This document shows, one piece after another, positions 36,701 through 49,074 of a stretch of DNA of 64,000 nucleotides. Every line of letters begins with the position of its first letter. Within the stretch, counting starts at the first letter, position 1. Origin of the DNA: Macrostomum hystrix. Lineage: Eukaryota > Animalia > Platyhelminthes. Under the pieces are notes generated by a model. It was not told the origin of the DNA. It was given only the letters and a program-made list of their open reading frames with translations, and made no database searches. A program made the position numbers and the translations under genes. The stretch lies in NCBI GenBank assembly GCA_950097015.1, contig CATNEN010000033.1:744001-808000 (forward strand), in the 5' to 3' direction.

Positions 36701-39700
36701 AGCACCTGACCAGGGTGCTCAAGAACGAATTGGACCTGGCCGACACGCCGATGTTCGGCTGGCGGGACTCGTTTCTCAGCAAATTCGAATTTCATCTGGC
36801 CAGCCTGGCCGACTGCGTTGCTGTCAACGCCTTCGCCAGCCTATTGAAGTCGGCCGACTCCGTCATCGACGATCGGCAGCTGTTCGCCGGCCTGACGCCG
36901 TCGCCAGCCAAAGGCGAGGAGCGCCAGGAAGCCTTGCGAGGTCGCTTCATGGAGCCGCTGCGCCGGCTGGACACCTACAGGAGCCTCCTGCGCCAGCTCG
37001 CGCCCTCGCCGAATCCGCCGCAGTCCACCGACGACGAAGACTCCTCGGCGGCTGAGGCCTCCGATGCCGCGGATTCCGGCTCTGCCGCGGCTTCAGCCGG
37101 GGTCGACCGACCATCCGGCCTTGACGCGGCTTGGAATTTGCGAATGTCGCTGGACAAACTGGCCGAACGACGCGAAGCCGAGCTGCAGTCGGCCGCCTCG
37201 ACCGTTGAGCGCTACCTCAGCCTGAACGCCAAGGCCATGCAGCAGCTGCTAAAGCCGAAGCGGCGACTGCTGTTTGACAGCAAGTTCGCGCCTGCCTACG
37301 CTACCAAGAGCCTGCGCGGCTCCAGCTCCACTGCCTACCTGCTGTTTGATGACGCCTTTGTGCAGGTGTGCGGTCTTTATACAACTTCTATCTTTATCCA
37401 TGTTACTATGGCTACCATCTGTGAGAGAAGTTAGTATAGCCCGGTTATTAGAGTTTTGGACTTATAAACTGAAGGTCGAGGGTTAGAATCGCAGATTAAA
37501 TCAAAACAAATTGTGTCCTTAGGCAAGATGTTTCATTCCCCGGAGCTTCAATTCACCCAGATCGTGTGGTCGTAAGGGCCTCCCCAGTCCACGGACTGAA
37601 CAGCTGTACTCTGGCTAGCGTGAGCGTTTGTAGGATTCAGTTCCCATGAGCTCTGGGATGAACGTGGAATCCGAAGATTAATGTTAAGAAAAAAGGGGAG
37701 AGTGGTAATAGGAATAAAGGGGGGCTTGATGACGGGAAAAAAGGGGGAGATGACGGGAAAGGGGATTCATAATGGGAAGAAATGGAGATTGATAATGGGA
37801 AGAAATGGGAGATAAATAATGGGAAGAAATTGAAGATTGATAATGGGAAGAAATGGGAGATTGATAATGGGAAGAAATTGGAGATTGATAACGGGGAGAA
37901 ATGGGAGATTGATAATGGGAAGAAATGGGAGATTGATAATGGGAAGAAATGGAGATAGATAATAGAGATTATGGTGATATTGATGGTTGTAAAAGGGGAG
38001 AATGTAGCTGGGGAGCAAGGTGACAGCTGACAAAATAGGCACACCTGGCACCTCGCGCTCTCCGCAGGTTCACGGCTCCAGCGTGACGGTGTGGCCTCTA
38101 GCCGTGCTGTGGCTGGACCCTCACGACACGCAGAGCTCCTCGGGCGGCTCGTCTGGCAGTTCGGCGTCGCCGTCGCCACAGTCGGTGGAGAGTCAGGCCA
38201 AGATGATCCTGCTCAAGACTCCGGAGGACACTCTCAAATTGTTCTTCTCGGCCTGGGAGGATAAGACCAACTGGGTCACTAACCTGTACAGGGCTATTAA
38301 CACCGTTGTCAATAGCAACGTGCTGTCGCAGCGCAGGTCAACAGCCCTGACCGTCTGTCCGCCCGAACAACGCTACGGTGTTTACACATTCAAGGTGAGT
38401 GTTTTCAATCGGAGAAATATATGTCGCTTTAGTCGTCAGTGTTATTGGAGAAATGTTTACGGAATCGAACTTCGTGACCTATATTGACCAACTAAAATAC
38501 GTGAAAAATCCGTATTTTGTCTTCTCATTGCTGTTGCTCTTCTTCTAGAAGGAGGCCGGTTGGTCATCAAAAGCGTCCAAAGCGGGCAGGAAAGAGGTGA
38601 CTCGGTCGCTGATTTGCTTACCTGATTCGCTTATTTTAACCTCATCGTAGGTCAGAGCGGACCTTGCGATTTCTCATTTTGCACCGGATAGCAATTTAAA
38701 ACTGACACAAACGGTGAATGCTGAGGAAATATTATCAAATTCTTTTTTTAATCCAGACATTGTCGCACAGCTATTTTGCTTATGGACACAAAGTTTTTTT
38801 TAACCTCTGCGATTTTTTTAAACTTATCCTGTGAGTTATCCGCTGCATACCAGATTTTTTTAGCCAATTAGTTAGTTTCGGCTGAGCTTAACTAGCTAGA
38901 GAATCACAATTTGGTGATTTAAATATTTGGTCAAGTTTTCAGGTAATCATTAATCAGCGATTACGTGTTCCCGGACACCAGGATTTGATTAATTGGGATT
39001 CTAAGAAAAAAGAATTTGATAAATTGGGATTCTAAGAAACCAGTATTTTATAAATTGGGATTCTAAGAAACCATGGATTTTATAAATTGGGATTCTAAGA
39101 AATCCGGATTTGATAAATTGAGATTCTAGGAAACCAGGATTTTATAAATTGGGATTCTAAGAAATCCGGATTTGATAAATTGAGATTCTAGGAAACCAGG
39201 ATTATATAACTTGGAATTCCAGGAAACCTGGATTTTATTAATTGGAATTCCAGGAAACCTGGATTTTATTAATTGGAATTCCAGGAAACCTGGATTTTAT
39301 GAATTGAGCTTTTAGGGAATTCTTTTACTAGATGTTAAAGAATTTTAACATTTTAACATATTAAATGATTTTTTGGATGTTAAAGAATAACAATGAATTT
39401 TGTGGCGAATCCCCAGGTACTTGTTATTTAATCAAATTTTAATACTGCTTCAGTGTTAAAATATTTGGAAGTTTTGTTGACGATTTTAGCTTTCGCAGTA
39501 CCAATAAGCCTTGTATTTTTAGTCTGAGAGTTGTATAAAAAACTTTTAGTTATGTAGGAGTCCCAACTATTAACAAAACAGTTAATTAGCACAATTAATT
39601 AGATAGTTTTTTACACTAAAACCAATAGCCAATTGGCACTCATCTATTGTTGTTTAAATTAAAACTGTCTCGCTTCTCTAACGATTTTATTTAAAAAATC

Positions 39701-42700
39701 GTAAATACGGATACTCGTAGTCTCAAGCTAACACAAATGGTTCGCAGCTGTTTCTGGTGACTAATATTTACATTTTTAGTCAACAATAGTTTTATTACAG
39801 TTTTACAGACACTGGCTGAGAAGATATTTTCGATATGAAATTATTATCATTAATTTATTATTATTCTAAAGTACTCTGAAACATGCACTTTTAAAGTACA
39901 TTAAAAGACGTACTTTTTAAGTTTATCGCCACGCATTTTAAAGAACACAGATAAATAAATTCCAGTCGTGAACTTCAAAAAATACATTTTCAAATGCACT
40001 TTAGAAACTTTTACGACACACCTGGCTCTTCGATTTTGCATTGCAGTGTAGGTTTATTCTTAGGTTTGACATATTTATGCATTGTCATTTTTCAGGCCGG
40101 CAACTTCAAAGACTGCACCTACTCCGGCTTCTGGCAATCCGGCCTGATGGAGGGTCAGGGCCGCCTCGTGTTCCCCAATAAGAGCTTCTTTATCGGCCAT
40201 TTCGCTCGCAATCGCATGCATGGCCAGGGCGTCTTCACAACGCCAGCTACGTCTAATGCTTCGGAGTCGCGTAGCAACGGCGGCGGCGTCCTCAGCAACT
40301 TGGACAAATCATCTTCGTCGGCTGCTGCTTCGACGGGCGGCGCTTCGTCGGCCGGTGGTATGGCGACCGGTGCCACGGCGGCTGGAGGTGCCAGCGGCGG
40401 GGGCGCGCCAGCCGAAGGCCCTGGAGGAGATTCGCGAAGGCGCCTGGCGGGACAATGTCCAGTGCGGCCGCGGCTCGGTGCGCTACGCCAACGGCGACGA
40501 ATACTTCGGCAACTTTGTCGACGGTCAACGCGACGGTTTCGGTCACTTTCAGCAGTACCAGTCCGGCCGGCTGGCCTGCACCTACATTGGCGAATGGCGA
40601 CGGGACGTCAGGCACGGCTACGGAGTGGAGTACTCGGAGCGCACAGGCCAGCACTACTCCGGCTACTGGGTTAACAATCTCAGGCACGGCTGCGGAGTTC
40701 TGCTAACGCTGGACGGCGCTTATAAGCGCGGCGGATTCGACAAAGGCGACCTCACTGGGCCGGGACTTGTGGTGCGCGGTCACTGCGGCGGCTCAGGCGG
40801 CGCCGCGGACTCCTTGCTGCTTTACGACGGAGAACTGACCGCAGGCCGGCCGCAGGGCAAGGGCGTACTGTACGCTGGCGGCCTGGCCCTAACTGGCGCC
40901 TTCTCCGGCGACTTTGACGAATTGAAAATTCAATGGCAGCGTCAGGCGAAGGATTGGCAGTGGCAGCGAGGCTTTCGGAGAGTCAGCTATGCCGGTGAGG
41001 GAGAAAGGGGAGAATTGGGCTTGGGAGAAATGGGAGAATTGGGATGGGGAGAAAAGGGAGAAATGGGAGAATTGGGATGGGGAGAAAGGGGAGAATTGGG
41101 CTTGGGAGAAATGGGAGAATTGGGATGGGGAGAAAGGGGAGAATTGGGCTTGGGAGAAATAGGAGAATTGGGATGGGGGAGAAAGGGAAGAATTGGGCTT
41201 GGGAGAAATGGGAGAAAGGGGAGAAATGGGAGAATTTGGATGGGGAGAAAGGGAAGAATTGGGCTTGGGAGAAATGGGAGAATTTGGATGGGGAGAAAGG
41301 GGAGAATTGGGCTGGGTAGAAAGAAGAGAATTGGGCTGGGGAGAAAAGGAAAACTAGGCTGGGGAGAAAGGGGAGAATGGGGCTGAGCAGTTAGGGGGGA
41401 ATTGGGCTGGGGAGAAGTGAGATTATTGATATGGAGAGATCGAGACATATTGGCTGATTGTGAAAAGAGGGGCTGCGGGGAAAGTGACACGCCGAAGAAG
41501 TCAAACAGAATGTCAAAGTTAACTTTGCTTTTAGGATCTCAGGAGAATAGTTTTCAATACCTATTGTGCGAGATTTTTTTCTCACTCCCAGGCAGCCGCA
41601 GAGCGCTTCATGCCCAGCCTGGCCGCCCTGCTGAAATCCGAGTGCGGCCCACCCGCCGGCCAGCAGCAGTTCTGCGTGCCGGCCGATGACAAATGGTCGG
41701 CCCTGTTTGCCGAGTGCCGCGAACTGCTCTGGCGCGGCTACGCAGGCGTCGCAGAAGACACACCGGAGGAGCGGGCTCGCGTGGCCTGGCGCAATGTGGC
41801 CCAGGCGATCGCCGCCCAGGCCGAGATGGGCTCGGCGCCAAGGCAGCACGCCGAGCTGGAGGCGCTGCAGCGCATTCCAGACCCGGAGCAGGTGGGCGAG
41901 CAACGACCTTTCAGGGCCGGGACACTCGGGCTGGGAGTTACGACCACCTTGATCGATGATCACTGACATCCCAGATACCCACTGGCATCCTAGATCCCCA
42001 CTGACATCCCAGATACCCACTGGCATCCTAGATCCCCACTGACATCCCAGATCCCCACTGACTTCCTAGATCCACACTGACGTCCCAGATCCCATTGACA
42101 TCCCAGATCCCACTGACATCCAGATCCCCACTGACATGCCAGATCCCCACACTGACATCCCAAATCCACGCTGACATCCCAGATCCCCACAACCGTTCCA
42201 TATTTTCACTAAACATCCCAGTTCAAACCAACATCCCGGATCCCGGATCTGTTAAACCTTTAGGACCACAGAAGCCTTGAAAAGCCAGATACTTAACTGC
42301 CTTACAGATTCGGCATCTTAATAGTACTTGAGGATTTGTAATAACTTAATAATAATAATTACAGGAGGGCTGCGGGAAATGGCACATCATTTGGTGACAG
42401 TGGACCCGCAGCCAGCGAGTAGGCGATTCTGACTCCTGAGCACACACGCACACAGATACTGTACGCAGGCAATCGCTCACACCGGTGTGTACATCTGCCC
42501 TGACTTTCTCATCGTCAGGCAGTGCACACTTCATTGTGCCATGGAGGTTGGCCCTCAAGGGCGTTAATTGCACCACAGGCCCCCAAGCCTTCTCTCCGCG
42601 GCTGCGCCCCAAATAAACATGGTCTCGCCGTAGAATCAAAAGCGCAGGAGGCAAACGCGTTAACCGCTCTGCCACCGACCACCCTACTTGAGTCTTATTC

Positions 42701-45700
42701 CTCGCTTTAATTGAGCACCCAAGCTACTGACTGCAGCAGTCCCACTGACGCACCCCGCCGCCCAATCTACCCAGGCGCTAACCCTAGAGAGTCTGGAGCG
42801 CATCAAGGACTACTTGGGCCGCGCGTTCGCCTGCCGAGCGCATCCGCTTGGCGACCTCATGGCCTCCCTGGTGCGCGCCTTCGACCTGAGCTACGCCAAC
42901 TGCGCCGCTCATCCCCTGATGCTGCTGCACGCTCGCGAGGAAGTCCAGTCGGTTGTGTCCAGGCTGTACCAGCTGGCCCGGGCCTTGTTCCCCTGCCTGC
43001 CAATGGAGCAGCAGTTTGTTGAAATCTATCCGGCCGGGCACCGGTTCGGCGTCGAGCCAATCAAACACTTTGGCGACGTGCGCGTCATTGACGAGGGTCA
43101 CGTGACGGCCAGCTATCAGTTCCTGTCGGACAATTTCCTGCGCAGCTTCTTCCTGCCGCCGGTGTTTCCCACTCTGTTTAATTTGTACGTTCTGGCCGGA
43201 GCCAGAGAAAAGGACTATTATTTGCGCAAGGTGAAGGGTCCTCTTATTTATGCTGTCTAGTATTGCTTTAGTGCACACGGTTGCTTACACTTAGTTACTG
43301 TGCTAGCCTGCATGTTGGCGTTGGGCTTTTAATTTTTAGTTCCAGCACTTGATCTAACAGCCTACCTGCATTCTCATTCTGCTCTCATTCCTAGATCCCC
43401 ACTGCCATCCCAGATCCCCACTACCATCTTAGACCCCCACTACCATCTTAGATCCCCACTACCATCTTAGACCCCCACTACCATCTTAGACCCCCACTAC
43501 CATCTTAGATCCCCACTACCATCTTAGATCCCCACTACCATCTTAGATCCCCACTACCATCTTAGATCCCCACTACCATCTTAGATCCCCACTACCATCT
43601 TAGACCCCCACTACCATCTTAGACCCCCACTACCATCTTAGATCCCCACTACCATCTTAGACCCCCACTACCATCTTAGATCCCCACTACCATCTTAGAC
43701 CCCCACTACCATCTTAGATCCCCACTACCATCTTAGATCCCCACTACCATCTTAGATCCCCACTACCATCTTAGATCCCCACTGCCATCTTAGATCCCCA
43801 CTACCATCTTAGACCCCCACTACCATCTTAGACCCCCACTACCATCTTAGATCCCCACTACCATCTTAGATCCCCACTGCCATCTTAGATCCCCACTACC
43901 ATCTTAGATCCCCACTACCATCTTAGATCCCCACTACCATCTTAGATCCCCACTACCATCTTAGATCCCCACTACCATCTTAGATCCCCACTACCATCTT
44001 AGATCCCCACTACCATCTTAGATCCCCACTACCATCTTAGATCCCCACTACCATCTTAGACCCCCACTACCATCTTAGATCCCCACTACCATCTTAGATC
44101 CCCACTACCATCTTAGATCCCCACTACCATCTTAGATCCCCACTACCATCTTAGATCCCCACTACCATCTTAGACCCCCACTACCATCTTAGATCCCCAC
44201 TACCATCTTAGACCCCCACTACCATCTTAGACCCCCACTACCATCTTAGATCCCCACTACCATCTTAGATCCCCACTACCATCTTAGATCCCCACTACCA
44301 TCTTAGATCCCCACTACCATCTTAGATCCCCACTACCATTTTAGATCCCCACTACCATCTTAGATCCCCACTACCATCTTAGATCCCCACTACCATCCCA
44401 GATCCCCACTACCATCTTAGATCCCCACTACCATCTTAGATCCCCACTACCATTTTAGATCCCCACTACCATCTTAGATCCCCACTGCCATCTTAGATCC
44501 CCACTACCATCTTAGATCCCCACTACCATCTTAGATCCCCACTACCATCTTAGATCCCCACTACCATCTTAGATCCCCACTACCATCTTAGATCCCCACT
44601 ACCATCTTAGATCCCCACTACCATCTTAGATCCCCACTACCATCTTAGATCCCCACTACCATCTTAGACCCCCACTACCATCTTAGATCCCCACTACCAT
44701 CTTAGATCCCCACTGCCATCTTAGACCCCCACTACCATCTTAGATCCCCACTACCATCTTAGACCCCCACTACCATCTTAGATCCCCACTACCATCTTAG
44801 ACCCCCACTACCATCTTAGATCCCCACTACCATCTTAGATCCCCACTGCCATCTTAGATCCCCACTACCATCTTAGACCCCCACTACCATCTTAGACCCC
44901 CACTACCATCTTAGATCCCCACTACCATCTTAGATCCCCACTGCCATCTTAGATCCCCACTACCATCTTAGATCCCCACTACCATCTTAGATCCCCACTA
45001 CCATCTTAGATCCCCACTACCATCTTAGATCCCCACTACCATCTTAGATCCCCACTACCATCTTAGATCCCCACTACCATCTTAGATCCCCACTACCATC
45101 TTAGACCCCCACTACCATCTTAGATCCCCACTACCATCTTAGATCCCCACTGCCATCTTAGATCCCCACTACCATCTTAGACCCCCACTACCATCTTAGA
45201 CCCCCACTACCATCTTAGATCCCCACTACCATCTTAGATCCCCACTGCCATCTTAGATCCCCACTACCATCTTAGATCCCCACTACCATCTTAGATCCCC
45301 ACTACCATCTTAGATCCCCACTACCATCTTAGATCCCCACTACCATCTTAGATCCCCACTACCATCTTAGATCCCCACTACCATCTTAGATCCCCACTAC
45401 CATCTTAGATCCCCACTACCATCTTAGACCCCCACTACCATCTTAGATCCCCACTACCATCTTAGATCCCCACTACCATCTTAGATCCCCACTACCATCT
45501 TAGATCCCCACTACCATCTTAGATCCCCACTACCATCTTAGACCCCCACTACCATCTTAGATCCCCACTACCATCTTAGACCCCCACTACCATCTTAGAC
45601 CCCCACTACCATCTTAGATCCCCACTACCATCTTAGATCCCCACTACCATCTTAGATCCCCACTACCATCTTAGATCCCCACTACCATCTTAGATCCCCA

Positions 45701-46738
45701 CTACCATTTTAGATCCCCACTACCATCTTAGATCCCCACTACCATCTTAGATCCCCACTACCATCCCAGATCCCCACTACCATCTTAGATCCCCACTACC
45801 ATCTTAGATCCCCACTACCATTTTAGATCCCCACTACCATCTTAGATCCCCACTGCCATCTTAGATCCCCACTACCATCTTAGATCCCCACTACCATCTT
45901 AGATCCCCACTACCATCTTAGATCCCCACTACCATCTTAGATCCCCACTACCATCTTAGATCCCTGCTACCATCTTAGATCCCCACTACCATCTTAGATC
46001 CCCATCGCTACCCCAGATCCCCACTACCATCTCATCCCCTCTACCATCTCATCCCCTCTACCATCTTAGATCCCCACTACCATCTCATCCCCACTACCAT
46101 CCCAGATCCCACTTCTATTCAAGATCCTCATCGCTTCCCCAGATTCCTATTCCTAACCCGTGATCCCCACACCCGTACATGAGTACAAGATCCATGCTCA
46201 TTTCCTAACCCTCTATGAACTAATTACCCACCTTCGCGTCTGGCAGGTCAACCGTCTGAACGCGCTAAACGATGTGGCCCTGTTCTGCTCGCTCGGCGTG
46301 CCCGAGTCTCTGCAGCTGCTGGCCACGCCCGCTCCCTCAGAGAACGAACTGGCGCGGAAGCCCGATGCCGCCACTGTGGCCGTGAATCGCGCCAGCCTGC
46401 GCCACAGCTGCCGCTACATGCCGGCCGTGCGCCGCCTGCGCGAAATCGGCACCTGCTATTCTCCTAGCCAGAAGATGACAGTCGTGTGCGACTCTATCGA
46501 CCTCATGGTCAAGGCCGTGGCCGACTACTCTCAGGAGGGCGACACGTCCCGCCTGGGCTCGGATGGCCTGCTGCCCCTCATCATCTACATGCTGGTGCGG
46601 GCGCACATACCGGATCTAGGCGCCGAGCTGGCCTTCATCTACGACCATTTCACCAGCGACGGTCGCAACACTTTTATTCTAACTAAACTAGTTATCGCCT
46701 TTCTCACCCTGCTGGAGCAGGACAGCTCTCTGCAGTGA
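33718..46738 (+). CDS. ALS2: Alsin (RCC1-like repeats, DH/PH, MORN repeats, VPS9), 8 exons, ~1810 aa after removing 5-6 single-base insertions
   Basis: Exons 33718-34022, 34392-36310, 36622-37365, 38068-38394, 40096-40994, 41592-41891, 42775-43230, 46247-46738, all GT-AG with compatible phases. RCC1 VYSWGDNSHGQLG; DH start ELLAGEKAYLQRL; MORN YSGFWQSGLMEGQG and YIGEWRRDVRHGYG; VPADDKWSALFAEC; HPLGDLM; VPS9 SPSQKMTVV...GSDGLLPLIIY. Frameshifts near 33819, ~34780-34900, ~35085, ~35748, ~40340-40415, possibly ~40930. Confidence 0.9.
34045..34297. repeat. Intronic tandem array, 17-bp unit CTAGGCTACAATCCCCA, ~15 copies (ALS2 intron 1)
   Basis: Direct reading. Confidence 0.95.
37432..37690 (+). 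mobile_element. Degenerate tRNA-derived SINE with CORE (MIR-like) central domain (family B), ALS2 intron 3
   Basis: Head TAGCCCGGTTATTAGAGTTTTGGACTTATAAACTGAAGGTCGAGGGTTAGAATC aligns with a tRNA body; B box GGTTAGAATC at 37481-37490. TGTGTCCTTAGGCAAG...GAGCTTCAATTCACCC follows and resembles the CORE consensus as I recall it (TGTGACCTTGGGCAAG...GAGCCTCAGTTTCC). The 3' boundary is approximate. Confidence 0.6.
37765..37965. repeat. Intronic tandem array, 24-bp unit AATGGGAAGAAATGGGAGATTGAT, ~8 copies (ALS2 intron 3)
   Basis: Direct reading. Confidence 0.9.
38985..39305. repeat. Intronic tandem array, ~31-bp unit (AATTGGGATTCTAAGAAACCAGGATTTTATA-like), ~10 copies (ALS2 intron 4)
   Basis: Direct reading; units drift toward GGAATTCCAGGAAACCTGG on the right. 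Confidence 0.88.
41000..41425. repeat. Intronic tandem array, 25-bp unit GGGAGAAATGGGAGAATTGGGCTTG, ~17 copies (ALS2 intron 5)
   Basis: Starts immediately after the donor at 40995; accounts for the tail of ORF 40220..41386. Confidence 0.92.
41960..42190. repeat. Intronic tandem array, ~19-bp unit CCCAGATCCCCACTGACAT, ~12 copies (ALS2 intron 6)
   Basis: Direct reading. Confidence 0.9.
42333..42684 (-). mobile_element. Near full-length tRNA-derived SINE (family A), ~352 bp, ALS2 intron 6
   Basis: Minus strand begins GGGTGGTCGGTGGCAGAGCGGTTAACGCG with A box TGGCAGAGCGG; B box is degenerate. (ATT)n tail near 42347-42361; flanking direct repeat TACTTGAG at 42325-42332 and 42685-42692; two other copies in the window. 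Confidence 0.75.
43390..46110. repeat. Intronic tandem array, 19-bp unit TAGATCCCCACTACCATCT, ~140 copies (ALS2 intron 7)
   Basis: Direct reading; degenerate edges. Confidence 0.98.
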
Positions 46739-49074
46739 GGTTGTGCGCTTTTAAAAGTACATATTATTTTTTTGCCTCAACAACTAGTAACCTAGTCATT
46801 AAAGTGTTGTTCTTGTTTTACATATTCAGCTGTGTTTCTGTTTAGACAGACTTAATTGTCTCTACAAAATTAACTCGATGTCTGTTCATCTCATCTGTGT
46901 TTTAATTCTAGTGCAATAATTAGCTATTTACGCTTTGTCCCTTAGTTAGAGTGCAAAACTGTGTCATAGTAATGATGATTTGTACTTTATCTGAAAGTAC
47001 AAAGCAGCACTTTGATAAAAACTTTTATTTAATAGTACAAGGAATGATCCTAGTTGACTCGAAGTCCAGGAATTCCCTGTGTATATTTTTTTACTCGCGT
47101 TGTTGTGCACGCGGTCTTTGTCGCTCTGTTAGTCACTCGCGCATTGTGACAAAGTGACAAAGCCCAGTTTTAATTGTTCGTGTTAATTTCGTCTTTCAGT
47201 GTTATTTCGTCTGTTAAGCGTCCCGTTGTTTGCTAGTTGTTTTAGTGCTTTGCTCTCTTCTCAATGCTTTGATCGCCGTTGTCAATTATTGGCTGTCCCG
47301 ATTTCAATTTGCTATAAAACTATAGCCTTATGCTTCAAGTGCTTTTCACTCGCTTCTTAATCAATTTTTTGTTACAAAAAGGGTGTAGCTCAACTTTCTA
47401 CTCAACTGAAAAGTTGAGTCCAGCTGATTTGGTAACGAGTTATATTTAAATAACATAATAATTTAATATTAGAGCCTGCAGACACTATGCTGCTTTCATT
47501 TACCTGTCATCATTTACCTGAATTATTTAAAATGTTCCCTCATATTAACATGATCGGACTACTAATTAAATTAGCCTTGAAGTTGTGTGCAATCATTCCC
47601 TTATTTTATCTTTGATCAAATGTTATTTCGATTTCAAGTTTGCCGTGTTGTCACAGACATTTGTAAACGGATTGTTTTATTACTGATAGTAGTTTTTATG
47701 TTTTAACGTCTCTGATCCGGCGGTTCTGTTTAGCTGCTAAGCCCCACTTGCCCATCCTATTTCACTAGCAGCAGCTGTCGTAATGTTGATGTGAGGTGTC
47801 TGTGAGGTTTTGTCTTTGTTGCTTTTCTGTGACTTTATAAGTGCAATCGTAGTGCAATGTGAAAACAAATAGATCTTGATTTTTTAATAGCTGAGTATTC
47901 CATTTTTTGTTTAAAATAAAGAATCGTGCCCCTAAATTATCTTATAAAAGTTTCCGACACATATCGGCTTGTCGATGATCAGCATAGGTCACCTCGCCTC
48001 GCCATGCAATCTAAGGCCAGGTGTGCTTTGAATGCCAAGGTCAACTCAGATGTACTTCTATTCCATAAACGAATACCATTCTCTAAATTGATTCAGTCGT
48101 TTGAGAAACTCAAAGTTTAAGCATCCCTTATTATTATTTTTTTAAAGAGTAAAATATTATATTTTTTAGTTTTGCTATGCCTGATTTAGCCATTAGCTCT
48201 AGCTGTCTGTTGGATTAGATAGTCTAGAATCATTTTTTTAATCTACGGAGCCTGTTGTTGTTGAGGCTGCATAGAATGTTTCATTCTAATTTTTAGCAAG
48301 TGAGCAACTCAAGGTCACTAGTACAGGTATAAGAAGGATTTGATTTTTTTAATAAATTAAATTACAGTTTTTGAGTCTAAAGACGAATCCTTTTTGTCGC
48401 GATTCTAAGCTTGTTTTGCTAACTATATAACAGGTTAATTGGATAATTGGTTTGTTATCTAGGTTTTCAGTGAATGAAAAGGCCACATTAAACAGTGGCT
48501 TTCATCCTCTGAGTCAGCCTATACTACATCTATAATTCATGACTGTCTAAAACTTATTTTCGCCGGACTATCCTAAATGATGAAGCTTTGCCGATAGCGG
48601 ACACTCCGATAGCGGACACTAGCAATTAACTAAACTTAAACAAGCTCCTCTATTGCTAGATAAGCTCACAATAAATAATTAGTAAGTAACTATTTTGTCA
48701 TCTATTTGTTGTCCTTCATTGTAATTATGTTTATTTGAGTGTCTAATAAAGTCGATTTGCTTTCAAGAATATTTATCTATTTTAGCTCATTATATTTTTA
48801 TGTCAGTCTGTTGTATTTTTTCGTCTCAGCAACGCCTAACATAAATGATAGAAAACGTCATATTTCCGGATTTATAATATATTCAGGAATATATTCCTCA
48901 TGTTTTGTTTTACTACAGATAATCACCATTAATTTTGTTATAATTTTTTTACTGAAGGCTTCAATCTCTACGCATTGATAAATAAAAAAGAGAGACAGTC
49001 ATTTGATTCATTTTTGTTCATTTTGCGTTGTGATGTAAGCCTTGTTTTAATTTGGTTTCTTTTTACCTGGACGG

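Noticed and set aside
33718-46738. ALS2 as a pseudogene
   Set aside because: All splice sites, phases and domains are intact with no nonsense codons; uniform +1 shifts favour sequence error. Kept as CDS pending read evidence.
48591-48622. CCGATAGCGGACACT duplication as a MITE end
   Set aside because: Only a two-copy micro-duplication; no partner inverted repeat or TSD found.
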